Assembly: GCA_013265495.1 (NCBI GenBank)
Contig: MU061579.1
Span: forward strand, 4,054,327-4,118,326
Direction of reading: 5' to 3'
Origin: Vicugna vicugna
Lineage: Eukaryota
Length of the DNA: 64,000 bases
The notes under the pieces are model-generated. The model searched no databases and had not been told where the DNA came from. It saw nothing but the letters and a program-made list of their open reading frames with translations. Position 1 is the stretch's first letter. Every line of letters begins with the position of its first letter. Below, piece by piece: positions 1 through 13,769 of this stretch. A program made the translations under genes and the position numbers.

Positions 1-2286
1 TATTTTATTACTTTGGGTGCTATTTTAAAGGGGGTTGTTTCTTTACTTTCTTTTTCTGTTGATTCATTGTTAGTGTAAAGAAATGCCACTGATTTTGAAC
101 GTTAATTTTGTAACCTGCTCCCTTGCTGCATTCTTCAATCAGTTCTAGTAGTTTTGTGTGACCTTTTAGGATTTTCTATATATAGTAACATGTCATCGTC
201 ATATAGTGACACTTTCACATGTTCTTTTCCAATTTGGATCCTTTTATTTCTCTCTCTTGCCTGTTGCTGTGGCTAGGACTTCCAAGACTATGTTGAATAG
301 GAGTGGTGATAGTGGGCATCCTTGTCTTGTCCCAGATTTTAGTGGGAAGCTTTTGAGTTTTTCACCGTTGAGAACTATGCTGGCTGTAGGTTTGTCATAG
401 ATAGCTTTTATTATGTTGAGATATGTTCCCTCTATACCCACTTTGGTGAGAGTTTTTATCATAAATGGGTGTTGAATTTTATCAAATGCTTTTTCTGCAT
501 CAATTGAGATGATCATGTGGTTTTTGTCCTTTCTCTTGTTGATGTGATGTATTACATTGATTGATTTGCGTATGTTGAACCAGCCTTGTGTCCCTGGGAT
601 GAACCTCACTTGGTCATGATGTATAATCTTTTTTATGTGTTGTTGGATTCTGTTTGCTAATACTTTGGTGAGGATTTTGGCATCTATGTTCATCAGTGAC
701 ATTGGCCTATAATTCTATTTTTTGATAGCATTTTTGCCTGGTTTTGGTATCAGGGTGATGGCAGCTTCATAGAATGAGTTTGAGAGTATTCCCTCTTTTT
801 CAATATTCTGGAAGAGTTTGAGAAGGACTTGTATGAGTTCTTTGTATGTTTGGTAGAATTCCCCAGTGAAGCTGTCCAGTCCTGGACTTTTATTTGTAGG
901 GTGGTTTTTAATTGCTATTTCTATTTCATTTCTAGTTATCAGTTTGTTCAAGTGTTCAGTTTCTCTTGATTCAGTCTTGGTGGACAGTATGTTTCCAGAA
1001 ACTTGTCCATCTCCTCTAGGTTATCCAGTTTGGTTCCATATAGTTTTTCATAATATTCTCGTATGCTGTACTGTATTTCTATTTTGTTTGTTGTAATTTC
1101 TCCATTTTCCTTTCTTATTTTGCTGATTTGTGCTCTTTTTTCTTTGTGAGTTTGGACAGAGGTTTTTTGATTTTACTTACTTTTTCAAAAAACCAGCTTT
1201 TGGTTTGATTGATTTTTTTTCTATGGTTTTTTCGTAATCTCTATTTTATTTATTTCCTCCCTGATCTTTATAATTTCCTTCCTTCTGCTGCCTTTTGGGG
1301 TTTTTTGTTCTTCTTTTTCTAGTTCTTTTACTTGGTGGTTAAATTGTTTTTTTGAGATTTTTCTTCTTTTTTGAGGAAGGTCTGTATCGCTATAAACTTC
1401 CCTCTTAGCACTGCCTTTGCTGTGTCCTGTAAATTTTGTGTGATTGTGCTTTCATTTTCATTTGTCTCAAGGTATTTTTTTAATTTTGGCTTTGATTTCC
1501 TCATTGACCCATTGGTATTTTAATAGCATATTGTTTAATCTCCATGCTTTCCTTTCTTTCTCCTTTGTTTCTCTGTTGTTGATTTCTAGGTTCATGGCAT
1601 TGTGGTCAGTAAAGTTGCTTGAGATAATTTCTGTCTTCTTAAAATTGTTGAGATTTCTTTTCTGCCCAAGTACATGATGAATCCTAGAAAATGTTCCACG
1701 TGCACTTGAAAAGAATGTATATCCTATTTTGTGGGGATGTTATGCTCTGAAAATATCCACCAAATCTAATTTTTCTATTGTATCATTTAATTTCTCTGAT
1801 GCCTTATTTATTTTCTGTCTGGAAGATCTGTCTAGTGATGTTAAGGCAGTGTTAAAATTCAACTATAGTTGTATTCCCATCAATATCCCCCTTTATCTCT
1901 GTTAGTAATTGTTTAATGTACGTAGGTACTCCTATATTGGGTGCATATATGTCAACAAGTGTAATATCCTCATCTTGTATCACTCCTTTAATCATTATAA
2001 AATGTCCCTCTTTATCTTTCTTTATGGCCTTTGTTTTAAAGTCTATTTTGTCTGAAATCAGTACTGGAACACCTGCTTTTTTGGCTTTTCCATTTGCATG
2101 GAATATCCTTTTCCATCCTTTCACTCTCAATCTATATGTGTCCTTCTCCCTAAAGTGGGTCTCTTGTATGCAGCATATTGAAGGTTCTTGCTTTATTATC
2201 CAGTCTGCCACTCTATGTCTTTTGACTGGAGCATTTAGTCCATTAACATTTACAGTAATTAATGATAGATGTGTGTTTATTACCAT
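1..2286 (-). pseudogene. L1 ORF2 (endonuclease + reverse transcriptase), broken by stops/frameshifts, runs off the window
   Basis: Fragments 1852-2286 (APE-like endonuclease), 715-951 ([18 protein letters not shown]) and 244-702 (RT domains) are separated by stop codons or frameshifts. Confidence 0.95.
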
Positions 2287-2662
2287 TTTGAACTTATTTT
2301 TGCAGTTGATTTGGTATTTCCTCTTTGTTCCTTTCTTCTTCCTTTTGTGGTTTGGTAATTTTCCTTTGTATTATCATGGATTTTATTTAGTTTTTGTGAC
2401 TCCCTTGTAAGTTTTTGTCTTGTGGTTACCCTTTTCTGTAAGTCTGTTAGCCCATTACTATATCTCAAACCCATCCTACAGAAAACAAAAAATTTAAAAA
2501 AGAAAGAAAAAGATACTCTATATTTTCTTGCTTCCCTCTCCCAATCTTAATGATTTAGATGTCTTCTTTTACAATTTTGTGTTTATTTTATTTATAATTC
2601 ATGATTTATCACCTTTCCAGTTATGAATTTCTAATTTCTGTAGCATCCTGATGCTTTTCTAT

Positions 2663-3563
2663 TTAGAGTAGACCTTTCAGTATTTCTTTTAGCATGGGTT
2701 TAATGTTGCTAAACTCTAAGTTTTTGCTTGTCTGTGAAATTCTTTATCTCTCCTTCTATCCTAAAGGATAGCCTTGCTGGATAAAGTATCCTAGGCTGGA
2801 TCTTTTTTTTCATTCAGGACTTTGAATATATCTTGCCACTCCCTTTTGGTATGTAGTGTTTGTGTAGATAACTCAGCTGAGAGCCTTATGGAGGTTCCCT
2901 TGTAACCCACTCTTTGTTTTTCTCTTGCTACCTTTAGGATCATTTCTTTATCCTTGACTCTGGCCATCTTGATTATGATATGTCTTGGTGTGGGTCTGTT
3001 TGGGTTCTTACTGTTTGGGACCCTTTGAACTTCCTATACTAGGATATCTGATTCCTTCTTTAAGTTTGGGAAGTTTTCAGTCATGATTTCTTCAAATACC
3101 TTTCCAGTCCCTTTGTTCTTTCTTCCCCTTCTGGGACCACTATTATGCGAAGATTGGCCCGCTTTATATTATCCCATAGGTCCCTTATGTTGCTTTCATT
3201 TGTTTTTATTTGTTTATCTTGCAGTTATTCTGATTGGGTGCTTTCTGTTGTCCTGTCTTCTAGGTCACAAATTCATTCCTCTGCATTATCTACTCTGCTT
3301 TGCACAGCCTTTAGATCCATTCTCATCTCAGCCAATGAGTTTACCATTTCTACTTGGCTCTTCTTTATAGCTTCAATTTCATTTTTGACATATTTTGTAT
3401 CTCTAAACACTATCTCTTTTAGTTCCTTCAGTACCTTGTTCACTCCTTTTTTGAAATCTTGATCTAGTAGGCTATCAATGTCTATTTCATTGATCGTTCT
3501 TTCAGGGGATTTCTCTAGTTCTTTTAATTGGGAAAGGTTTCTCTGCTTCTTCATCTTGCTCAT
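2663..3563 (-). pseudogene. L1 ORF1, disrupted
   Basis: ATG at 3563, coiled-coil peptide, premature stop at 3273. The canonical end LKEILKGLL* has its TAA at 2663-2665. A ~375-bp spacer precedes the ORF2 ATG at 2286. Confidence 0.9.
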
Positions 3564-3679
3564 ATCTCTCTGGCATTGTGGCTTATGGAGTATCAGTTAT
3601 CTATTGTGGTCCTTAAGGAGTTTATTTATTTATCTATCTAATGCCTATGTAGAAATCAAACTTAAAAAAAATAAAGGAG

Positions 3680-4787
3680 AGAGAAAAAGAATTTTAAAAG
3701 GAGAAAAAAGATTTGAACAGTGTATAGTCAATTATAGAAGCGCAGTTTGAATCAGACTAGCATTCGAGTTGAGATGTCTTTTTTAGAAACCCTTAAAAAG
3801 AAAAAAAGGAAAACAGATCAAAAAAAAGATATTTGAAACCTATTTATAATCAATAACAAGAGATCAAAACCAAAAGAAATGAAAATGAAATCAGATGGAA
3901 TTTTTCAAAAATAATAATATAACTGCTTTAAAAGAAAAAATTAAGAGGAATTAAAACTAGAAGCATATACAGTTGTTTAGAAAGTAGAAATTAAAAAGGT
4001 AATAGAAAATAGAACAGATAAAAAAGATAAAATAAAGAATTTTAAGAAAAGGGAGAAGAAAAGGTTTGAAAACAGTGTATAATCTAGTATAGAAGAGCAA
4101 TCTGAATCAGACTAACTTTCGAGTTGAGACATCTATTTTAAAAACCCTTAAAAAAAGGAAAACAGATCAAAAAATGATATTTGAAACCTATTTGTAATCA
4201 ATAACAGGAGATCAAACCCAAAATAAATGAAAATGAAGTAAGGTGATTTTTTTAAAAATAATAATATAAGTACTTTAAAAGATAAATTTAAAAGGAATTA
4301 AAACTAGAAGGATATATAATTGTTTAGAAAGAAAAATTTAAAAAGGAATTAAACTTAGAAGCATATACAATTGTTTAGAAAGTAGAAATTAAGAAGGTAA
4401 TAAAAAATAGGACAGATAAAAAAGATATGATAAAGAGAGAATTTTGAAAAAGGGGAGAAAAAAAGGTTTGAAAACAGTGTATAATGAATAATTGAAGAGC
4501 AGGTTGAAGCAGAATAGCAATCGGGTTGAGACGTCTCTTAAAAATCTTTAAAATAGAGAAAGAGGAAAAATATATTTGAAACCTGTGTATAATCAATAAC
4601 AGGAGATCAAGACCATGAGAGATAAAAGTGACATCACATGGATTTTTTAAAATAATAATATTATTTTAAAAGAAAAATTTAAAAGGAATTAAAACTGGGA
4701 GGATATATAATTGTTTAAAAAGTAAAAATTAAAAAGGTAATAGAAAATACAACAGAGAAGAACAGATTAAAAAAAAAAAAAAAAAAA
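3680..4787. repeat. Three diverged ~350-400 bp AT-rich tandem units inside the L1 5'UTR
   Basis: The motif ggagaa..tttgaa(aa)cagtgtata..gaagagca..tgaa(t/g)caga..cg(a/g)gttgaga recurs at ~3700, ~4052 and ~4454. Unit 2 has an extra ~50-bp internal duplication (aaaggaattaaaactagaag...). Confidence 0.85.
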
Positions 4788-5897
4788 GGGAGGGGTTGTT
4801 AGCAGGAGACTGTGTGCTCTTAATAAGTCTTTCTGTCTTTGCCCTGTTTCGTGAACTCAGCTTGCTGTTTACAGAGGCCCTCTGTTGGTGCCCTCCTCTG
4901 TGCTGCTCCCAGTGCTTGTTGGCAAGCAGATCGCACCCCCCTCCCAGCACAGCGTTCCTGCCAGAAATGGGGGGGGCACCTGCCGCCTCCTGCTGCAGGT
5001 CGCTCCACAGCTCCATGCCGCCACACGCTCCACCTCGGGTCAAAGCTCCGCAGGCAGGCCCCTGGGAAGACCGTGGAACAGCCCCACCCCTTCTCCATGT
5101 CCAAACTCAGCTCCTTGTTTGTACTAGTGGTGTGAACTTGCGAGGCACCAGGGCGGAAGGATCCTATGTAACTCGGGCTGCAAACAAGTCAGTGTCTGGC
5201 CTTTGAGGCTGCTGAGCCCCCAGGTGCGGATTCAGGTTTTGCTCCCGCCCAACCTGGGTGCCAAGCCCTGAAGGATATGGCGGCTGCGCCTGAGCCCCAC
5301 CTCTCCTCTCCGAAAACCTTCCGTGGGTTTTCAGAGATGGGGGTATGCACCCTTCCCCCCTCAAGGCACATCAGCCATGCTGTTTTATGGAGAGCCCAGG
5401 TTGTTCTGCCCTGTGCACCCACTCATCCATGTTGTGTAGCACCCTCCAGTCCCCCTGGGCTGCCTCAGTACAGCCATCCCCGTCCTCCGCCCAGCTCAGG
5501 CAGCCCGTCCTGGACCCCAGCTCCTGGCTTGAGTCTCCAGTTGGGTGTCTCAGGGACCCTCTTTGCCTGTTTAACTTAGTTCTGTCAGTCAAGGGATGCT
5601 CCATACAGACCTGAGCCTCCTTCTCTGTCCCTCCGGCCTCTCCATTGGAGAGAGGGAGGACCAGCAAACGAGCGCCAGTCCTCCTTTGCTGATCCCTCCC
5701 CACGGGACCATTCCCGCACTGTTTTGCCTTTTCGTCCTTCTTTTTTTCCCTTCTCCTACCAGATTTTTGGCATCTTTGTCTTTTGAAGGGGACGACTTTC
5801 TGTCGGAGTTCTGTAGGTGCTCTGTTTGGCTGAGTGGGTCCGTGGATGTGACTCTTGGTGTATCTGTGGGAGAGGGTGAGCTACGAGCATCCTACTA

Positions 5898-5913
5898 CTC
5901 CACCATCTTGGCC
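5898..5913 (-). promoter_or_regulatory. L1 internal promoter start with CpG-decayed YY1-type motif
   Basis: The minus strand reads GGCCAAGATGGTGGAG, versus AAGATGGCGG in the second L1 copy. Confidence 0.6.
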
Positions 5914-8900
5914 TCATCTCTCTCATCTTCCATTTTCAGCTCTTTCATTCCATGGCCTTAATGATTTACTAAATGGACACACAGAATAGCTCTTCTTATA
6001 CATGAAGATATAAATAGTATCCTTCTTTAGGCTTTCCAATTTAATTTTCCCTTTAAAAATTTGATCTTTTTTGATTATCTTCTACATTTTTTTATTGAAA
6101 AGTCTAGTTGTTGACACTACTTCATGTAATTATATATGTTATAATGATTTACAATACACAGTTTAAATTCTGAAATTTGCAAACTATGACCTATATCATG
6201 TGCAAAGTGGATCAGTGATCAATAATCCCATTGGGGATTTTTATTCCTATTTGTACTCATGCCAAAATTGATATCCAGAATTATCAAGGTGCTTATCAAA
6301 TTACGGGACCAAAAGCTGCAATCCATGTCTTTTGATCAAGTACATTTCTTCTTGTTCTAACAAGATTTTATAGCCTCCTACAGAACAGAATTTATCGATA
6401 TTTTACCTTACATTGTCCCATTCCAATGGGCAATTAAATTTAAAAATTGAAATATGAGTCATTATGTTAATAAATGGAGAAGCCTTACAAAAGTTATACT
6501 TTTGTGATTTTTCATCATAACTCAGCAATTTGATGCTTAAAATGTCCCCCAAAGACAATGAGTTTTTCCAATTAAAAAATAAATCCTAGAAAAGAAATGT
6601 AGGATTAAAATAATATAGCATTAAAACAAAACAGAACAATGCAGCATAAAAAAGTTGTTAGGTCTAATTAATATGTAATAGTTTCAAAAACGATTGCCTA
6701 TTAAGCAACCCAGACAGGACTTTCATGAGAAATGAAAATAAATATAATAAATTTATTTAGAGTAGTACAAAAATCTTAGTTTTAATACCTTGAAAACATT
6801 AAATCACTGTTCAGAGAATAATGCATTCTTTTTATTTAATGGCTACTATGCACTATAGATACATAAGGACACATGCAATATGTTAATCTGAAAGAGCTCT
6901 TAGGAATAAATAAACATAGAGGAAAATGCAAATATTTCACTGTTTATATTGAGCAATTTCCAATGACTTCTTATAGCTAACCTTATTATCTAAGGTGCCT
7001 CAGATCTTAATCCCCAAATTGTGCTTTTTGCATTTTATGCCACCCAAACTTTTGGATGTTCATATTTTCCTGGCATCTTATTGATAACCATCCTTAGGAC
7101 TAGAATGTATAAATATGTTTAATCTGTATACTAATAGGTAATTGACATTTAACCACACCCTAATTAACTGCAAGACATCGTTGACCAAATATTAAAATCG
7201 ACTAGATTGTCATTTAACCTAAAAGACACTCAAAACTATGATGTCGAGATATAGCAGAATTCTGTGGTGTTTCCTGGGACTTACAAAAAATTTAAAAATT
7301 ATTGCTTTATTATAGCAACAAAGTTCTTAACTCAAATAATGAATTAACCAGCATATCCCACTTTTCAAAAACTTGTATGCCTGCATTATGCCATATAAAG
7401 CAAGTTAATGGACTATGTTTCTCTTGTGAATTTTCATATGAAAGTTACCTTATTTTAATATCTGTAATTATTTAATATTACCATCAAAAAGAGAATTATT
7501 TAGATTTGAGACCTCTTCTTACTCAAATTATTTTCCAGGATCCCACAACAGCAAGGTGATTGACTTTCCAGGTAGGCACACAGTAGGTCTGGCTGGTGTT
7601 GATGGATACTTATAAGCATCTGCCTAAGACCCAAGAATGGTAATAATTTACTGCTAGACTCCCAAAAGTAATTTCTGAGATTCATATCAAGTACATGATT
7701 ATTATAAAGTAATTTCTCCAGCACTTTACGTTTTTAAATAATCTAGATAAATTCAGTCCACTAAAATTCCACTTGAGCCTATTTAATTTCCTGTGATTTG
7801 GTTACATTAGCAAAAGGATTTTGTTTGGGTTTGGGGGTTATGCTTGAATAAGGCTCAAGTTAATCATTTAGGTACTTAAATGTTCTTAGCTCAAGGATTT
7901 CCCCTGACAGTCATTTCAAGAATAGCTTTATACTATTATTCAATTCATCTATTACACAAGAAATAAATGCAGAAAAATTCCATTCTGCTCAGATTTTTCT
8001 GTCTTGTCACCAAAATGCATTCCTTGGGGCCATTTTCATTTACAAAAGGCCTATATAGTGCATAAATTGAAGCACCTATAGTTCTAAGCTAAAGGTCAAA
8101 GGGTGTTAATCACAGCTCCATAGTTGTTCTCAACTTTCATTAAGAAACACCATATTAAACTATGGAAAGCCCTGGTTAATCAGGCTTTGCTAAAATTACT
8201 CAGGTATGTCATCAGAATGAAAGAGCAATGAAGCTAGATAGATTCCTGAGGGAGAATGTGCTCTGATGTTATCTGTCTTTCTGACTCTGAAGCCTAGGCA
8301 GCACTGATGGATCTTTGAAAAGAGAAAGTTCAGACTTACTATTAAATTTTATTTTTAAACATTTGAGTTTGATGGTTTCAGTTATTGAAAATAAATGAAA
8401 ACAACCTGTTCCAAGAGGACTTCAGGAAGGATGTTCCATTTCTTCAAATACAGTTTTAAACTTTCTATCCAATATTTGAAATGTCTAATGCCATTCAGAT
8501 TTGTGTTGATCACACTTTCTGGTATTAATCTTTTAAGAATCTATTTGTGAGATATAGCAGAGTGCGTATATTATAAAGCAGGCTTTGCATTATATATGTA
8601 GTAATGTAACATGAACCACTTAATCCCTGTCCCGTTAACATAGTCATGTTCTAGCCCCTTGGATTATTATGAAACAAAAAGAAGAAAGCATAAAAATTTC
8701 AAGTACCTTATATCTGACATAAGTATATGTACATACACACATATAAACACATTTCACATTTGTCAAACGGAGATTTTTGTTAAGGAAAATTTTACATGTG
8801 TGTGCACATGAGTATGTGTGTACATATGAATATGAACGTATGTACACATTAATAATCATTCAAGTTAAAAACATCTCATCGTTATACTACAAAAGTGACT

Positions 8901-9069
8901 AAACTCTAGGAGGTTGTAAACATGTATTAAAATACAGCTCTCTTTTAAGTTGATTACATGTAGTATAAAAGCAGGCAGAATATGATGCATTATTTTGGTG
9001 CTATAAAATTTTGTGGAGCTGCAGAGAAATGTGTAGTTAATTTTTGCTGGGGTCATAAACTTTTAGGTT

Positions 9070-9650
9070 ATTCTTCTTGGAGGAGACAGTATTTGAGTGA
9101 AGTCTTAAAAAACAAGTAAAAAAATCCTACTGATGTCATTTGGCAGCAACATATCTTCCTTCATTAAAAGAAAAGCATGAGTATGGGAAGATATTTGATA
9201 GTAGGTATATGTAGTTAGATATATGTGGACATCCTTTGCAAACCAACAGGACAGTGATGATTCTCACTATATAGGAAATAAGGAAAGTAAAATCAAGAGT
9301 AAGGCATAATGGAGCTGATATTTCACTAACAACAAGAGAACAGTAATTCATTCAGTAATTCAAGTGTAAGTTTTTCGTCATGGAAGTTATTAGGAGATAT
9401 TGAAATACTTTATGCTGGGGAGTGGCATGATCCCATTTTAGTCCTAAAATAATCACTGAGGCTGCAGTTTTATAGGGTGTATAGGACAGAGATGAAAGTG
9501 AAGACTGGAAGATCCACTTGGATATTGTTGCTACATTCAGTTGAAAAATAAAGGTAACTTGATCTAAGGTCGTGGCAATGGGAACTGACGATATGGACTG
9601 TTGAGAAGAAGGAAATTAGAAAGATAGGACTCGGAAATTGATTATATGTG
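9070..9650 (-). mobile_element. Degraded L2-like fragment
   Basis: Purine-rich L2-antisense-like phrases (ggaggagacagtatttgagtgaagtctt; ggggagtggcatgatcccatttta; aaataatcactgaggctgcag). Confidence 0.5.
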
Positions 9651-10746
9651 TGATCACAAATAATGGAAAGACATCATTCCAAATTATCATGCTTTATTAT
9701 TTGTTACTATTTCTTGTGTGAAGCACTCTTCCTCTCCCCTGTCCTCCACCCCTTCACTAATCTTACATTCCTAAAGTAGAAATCTCATAAACTCAGAATT
9801 AAAGAAGAACAAAAGGAAGACAGTAAAATTGGATTCTTGGTACTTTGATCATGGAAATAGATTTTTAAAATTCTGTTCCTATCCTGTTAAAACCATGGGC
9901 CCACAGTGACATTAATGAGAGTTCTGTACATGAAGGTAGAAAGTAAGATTGTTAATTACTTTAATTCCAAAGATCTTTTTTTTTCAAGTTTAGATGAATA
10001 TCCATGTCAGAAATTACATTACGTATTTGCCTTAGGTTATAATGTGATATTAATTCAACATCAATATATTCATCAACCTGTCCTTACCAGTTAACAGTAA
10101 AAAAGCCACTCAGCATTTGAAACTAATACTTTTTTTGAAATCCCATGGAAATTGCCTGTGAAATTCATAGGAAAATACTATTTGTCACAAAGTAGAATGT
10201 GCAAGGATAAGTTTTGATATGGTGTCGATGTGTCAAAATAACACATTTCATGCTGTGTGATAAAATTTTCACCACTGTCAACCTCAAGAAAAATAATACT
10301 TTAACAGGTTTACAAGAAGGCAAAACATGATTCATTATCGCCTTGAATATTTCGTGAGATCAAAGGAAGGATGTTTTCTTCCTATAGAAAAATCTGTTTC
10401 GTTACTGAGAAAAACTTGTTTGGGTTTAAAAAGGTCAACATTTCTGAGATAGATTTTTTTTTTTACTAAAATAAGAATTTCCAATTTTTTCTAGCATTAA
10501 ACCCGTACATTCCTATATTCCCAATAAAATTATGTTTGTATTCATTTTGAATTTATATTTTGAATGAAAAATGCACATTTTTAAAAATAGTAAAGAAAAA
10601 ACTAATGTTATGATAAAAATTAATTTTAGTGTCTTGGGCAACATAATGTATACAAAGCTATTAGAGTATGCTCTATCTCCATCGACATCTAAGAGCTCCT
10701 CCTCGCTATCTGGTCTTAGACAAATGATTTCACTTTTCTAGGCTGT

Positions 10747-11145
10747 TGTATTAATATACTGGAGTGCCATAACTAAATATCACAGACTGGGTGGCTTAAA
10801 CACCAAAAATTTATTTTCCCATAATTCTGGAGGTTGGATGTCCAAGATAAAGGTGCTGGCAGGGTTTGTTTTCTTGAAACCTCTCTCCTTGGTTTGCAGA
10901 TAGCCACCTTCTCTTTGTGTCCTCACATAGTCTTTCCTCCGTATGCATACCTCTAGTGTTTCTCCCTGTATTCTAATTTCTTCTTACAAGAATACCAGTG
11001 AAATTAGATTAGGGCCTACTATCATGCCTCACTTTAACTTAATTACCTCTTTAAGGGTCTCTCTCCAACTATAGTCATATTCTGAGGTACTGAGGGTTAG
11101 GACATCAACATGAGTTTTGAGGGGAGCACAGTTCTGTTCATAATA
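10747..11145 (-). mobile_element. MaLR solo LTR (MLT1B-like), inserted into a MIR remnant
   Basis: Typical MLT1 antisense text: gccataactaaatatcacagactgggtggcttaaac...ttctggaggttggatgtccaagataaaggtgctggcaggg...gtcatattctgaggtactgagggttaggacatcaacat. MIR-like halves flank it (gacaaatgatttcacttttct / cccagtttttttcagaatgaaatg). Confidence 0.88.
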
Positions 11146-11931
11146 GCCCCAGTTTTTTTCAGAATGAAATGAAGCAGAAACATTAATTTAAAAGTCACAT
11201 TAGTATAAGCACTGAACAGAAATTCATTTAAGTAATCAATCCAACTTGACAACTAGTAAAATTAAACCAGACTTTCACATAACTACAAATATAATTTTTG
11301 AGAAATTATTGAGGCATAACAATTTTCTTTTTTCATTTGTAATGCTCAAAAAACAATTATGTAATTAACCCCAAATATATCCAGAATCATTCATAGCAGC
11401 ATAATATTATATTGAGACAAATTTTCAATATCAAATAACAGCCAAATTAACAAGACCAAAATTCTGTCTTACCGAAACATATCTCTACTTCTCTTTCAGT
11501 TGATCTACACTTGGTCAATTTCTCACCTTATCTGCAAATTTATCTCTATAATCCCCGTTTTGTAAGCAATGTGTATACTACTTTGGAGAAGGATTGCATC
11601 TATTTTAGTGTCTGGAAAAAATTAAATTTTAGTAGCAGAAAAGTGTCTTTTAAATAACTGAAATGTTATAAAGCTTTGTATGTTGAAGATAATCTATATC
11701 AAGCTTGTTGCCAGTATAATCTTAAATGATGATTTAATAGAAGCACTTATGCCCAATATTACTAATATTCTTTAAAATTATTCAAGGACAGATTGGTCAG
11801 TGCATGAACAATAACAGCAATGAAGGAGGTACACCTATGTAAAAATGTTAGAAATTTCCTTATTTGAAGGTATGATTTTTTAAAAAAATCTAGGCAGCTG
11901 GGGAAAACAAAGGAGATGTACACTATAATTT

Positions 11932-12921
11932 AAAAAATGAATAAAAGATTTGACAAAATTCAACATCCATTTATTATAAAAACTCTCCAGAATATGGGCA
12001 GAGAGGGACTATACCTCAACATAATAAAGGCTGTATATGACAGACACAGCTAACATCATGCTCAATGGTAAAAAGCTGAAAGCATTTCCTCTAAGATCAG
12101 GAATGTCCACTCTTGCCACTTGTATTCAACATAGTTTTGGAAGTTCTAAAGTCACAGCAATTGGAAAAGAAATCTAAATTAATAAAAGGAATACAGATTG
12201 AAAAGGAAGAAGTAAGACGGTCACTGTTTGTAGATGACATGATACTATACATAGAAAATCCTAAAGATGCCACCAGGAAACTACCAGAGCTCATCAATGA
12301 ATTCAGTAAAGTTGAAGAATACAAAATTAACATACAGAAATCTGTTGCATTTCTATGCACTAAGAACAAAATATCAGAAAGATAAATTAAGGAAACAATC
12401 CCATTTACCATCACATCCAAACTAGTAGAGTACCTAGGAATAAACCTACCTATGGAGGTAAAAGACCTCTACTTGGTAAACTAGAAAAATCTCATGAAAG
12501 AAATTGAAGATCAAACAAACAAATAAAAATATATACTACGTTCTTGGATATGAAGAATTAACATTGTTAAAATGACCATACCACCTGAGGCAATCTACAG
12601 AGTCAGTGCAATCCCTATCAAAATACCAATGGCATTTTTCACAGAACTAAAATAAATAATTGTAAAATTTGTATTGAAATACAAAAGAGCCAAATAGCCA
12701 AAAGAATCTTGAGAAATAAGAAGAGAGCTGGAGGAATCATGCTTCCTGACTCCAGTGTAAAATAAGCTTCAAGGATATATTGTAGAGTAAGAGGAATATA
12801 GCAAATATTTTATAATAGCTAAAAATGGAGTATATCTTTAAATTTGTGAATCACTACATTGTACACGTAACTTATATAATATTGTATATCAACTATTCTT
12901 TAATTTAAAAAAATTAATAAA
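11932..12921 (+). mobile_element. Older 5'-truncated L1 (ORF2 RT piece joined to 3' terminus), internally deleted, with probable TSD
   Basis: RT peptide [10 protein letters not shown]...SLFVDDMILYIENPKDATRKLPELINEFSKV. At ~12756 the sequence jumps to L1 3'-end text (ataagcttcaaggatatattgt...aatattgtatatcaactat + A-tail). Flanks are AAAAAATGAATAAA and AAAAAATTAATAAA. Confidence 0.88.
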
Positions 12922-13059
12922 TGAAATATTATTTCTATGGACAATAAAAATGTAAAGTATCTCACAGGTAATATGTAGGATATTCTTTGTGTTACCTGCA
13001 TGATATGTCAGATAGATGATAGATAAATAGAAAGACAGATAAATAGACATAAGGACGCA

Positions 13060-13273
13060 GAGAACAATGTGGATTTTAACTGTGAGTATCCACTTACAGG
13101 GGAATTTTTTTTCAATAAATATAGGCAGTACTACACAATCTGCAGTTGATTGAAGCCAGGGATGCAGAAACTCTGATACAGAGGGCCAGCTATGGAATTT
13201 GAGCATCTGAGAATTTTGTAATATACAGAGGCTCCTGGAACCAATCCCCTGCAAATATCAATGGACAACTGTA
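13060..13273. mobile_element. TcMar-Tigger non-autonomous element (MER2/MER8-like)
   Basis: atccacttacaggggaatttttttcaataaata ... ctctgatacagagggcc ... cctggaaccaatcccctgcaaatatcaatggacaactgTA; the TA target site is present at the end. Confidence 0.7.
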
Positions 13274-13769
13274 TATTTTAAATATATCCCATACATACAT
13301 ACATACATTTTTCTTAAGAACTACAAAATAAATCTGAGCAAATGTAGAGAAAATTCTACACTGTATCTGGATGTTAGATGTTATAAAGATGTCAGTTTCT
13401 CCCAAAATAAATATATGCTCAATATGATGATAACCAAATGTGAGTTATTTTTAAAAGTTCAAATGAAGAAGTCAATTGATAAGAAAGTAGAAACTTTAGA
13501 GGAAAAACAGGCAACTGAAAGGACTTAGCAGAAATTAAGGCATATATTGAGCTCCCAATGACTAGCCATTTATGGTCTTTTTTCCAGAGTAGAGAGCCTG
13601 ATTTATATATAGAATGAGAGCCTAGAATCTGAATAATTTAATGTATGTTGAAGAAAACTAAATAACCTAAGGTAATGAAATGTTTAATGAATAGTACTTG
13701 GCAAGATTCTAGATGTAAAAAGACTTTAATAACAAAAAATGCAAGGGGAAATATAATCTAGGGAAACAT

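Larger units (their letters stand above)
1..5920 (-). mobile_element. LINE-1 with intact 5' end (5'UTR, ORF1, spacer, ORF2 EN/RT); 3' part lies left of the window; inactivated
   Basis: Minus-strand ORFs give ORF1 (MSKMKKQRNLSQLKE...), ORF2 endonuclease (MVINTHLSLITVNVNGLNAPVKRHRVADWI...) and RT ([31 protein letters not shown]...[21 protein letters not shown]). The GC-rich 5'UTR spans ~4790-5920 and begins GGCCAAGATGGTGGAGTAG. Confidence 0.97.

Noticed and set aside
3680..4787. Repeat array as CRISPR-like or satellite locus
   Set aside because: Mammalian context; units are hundreds of bp, diverged, lack unique spacers, and sit inside an L1 5'UTR.
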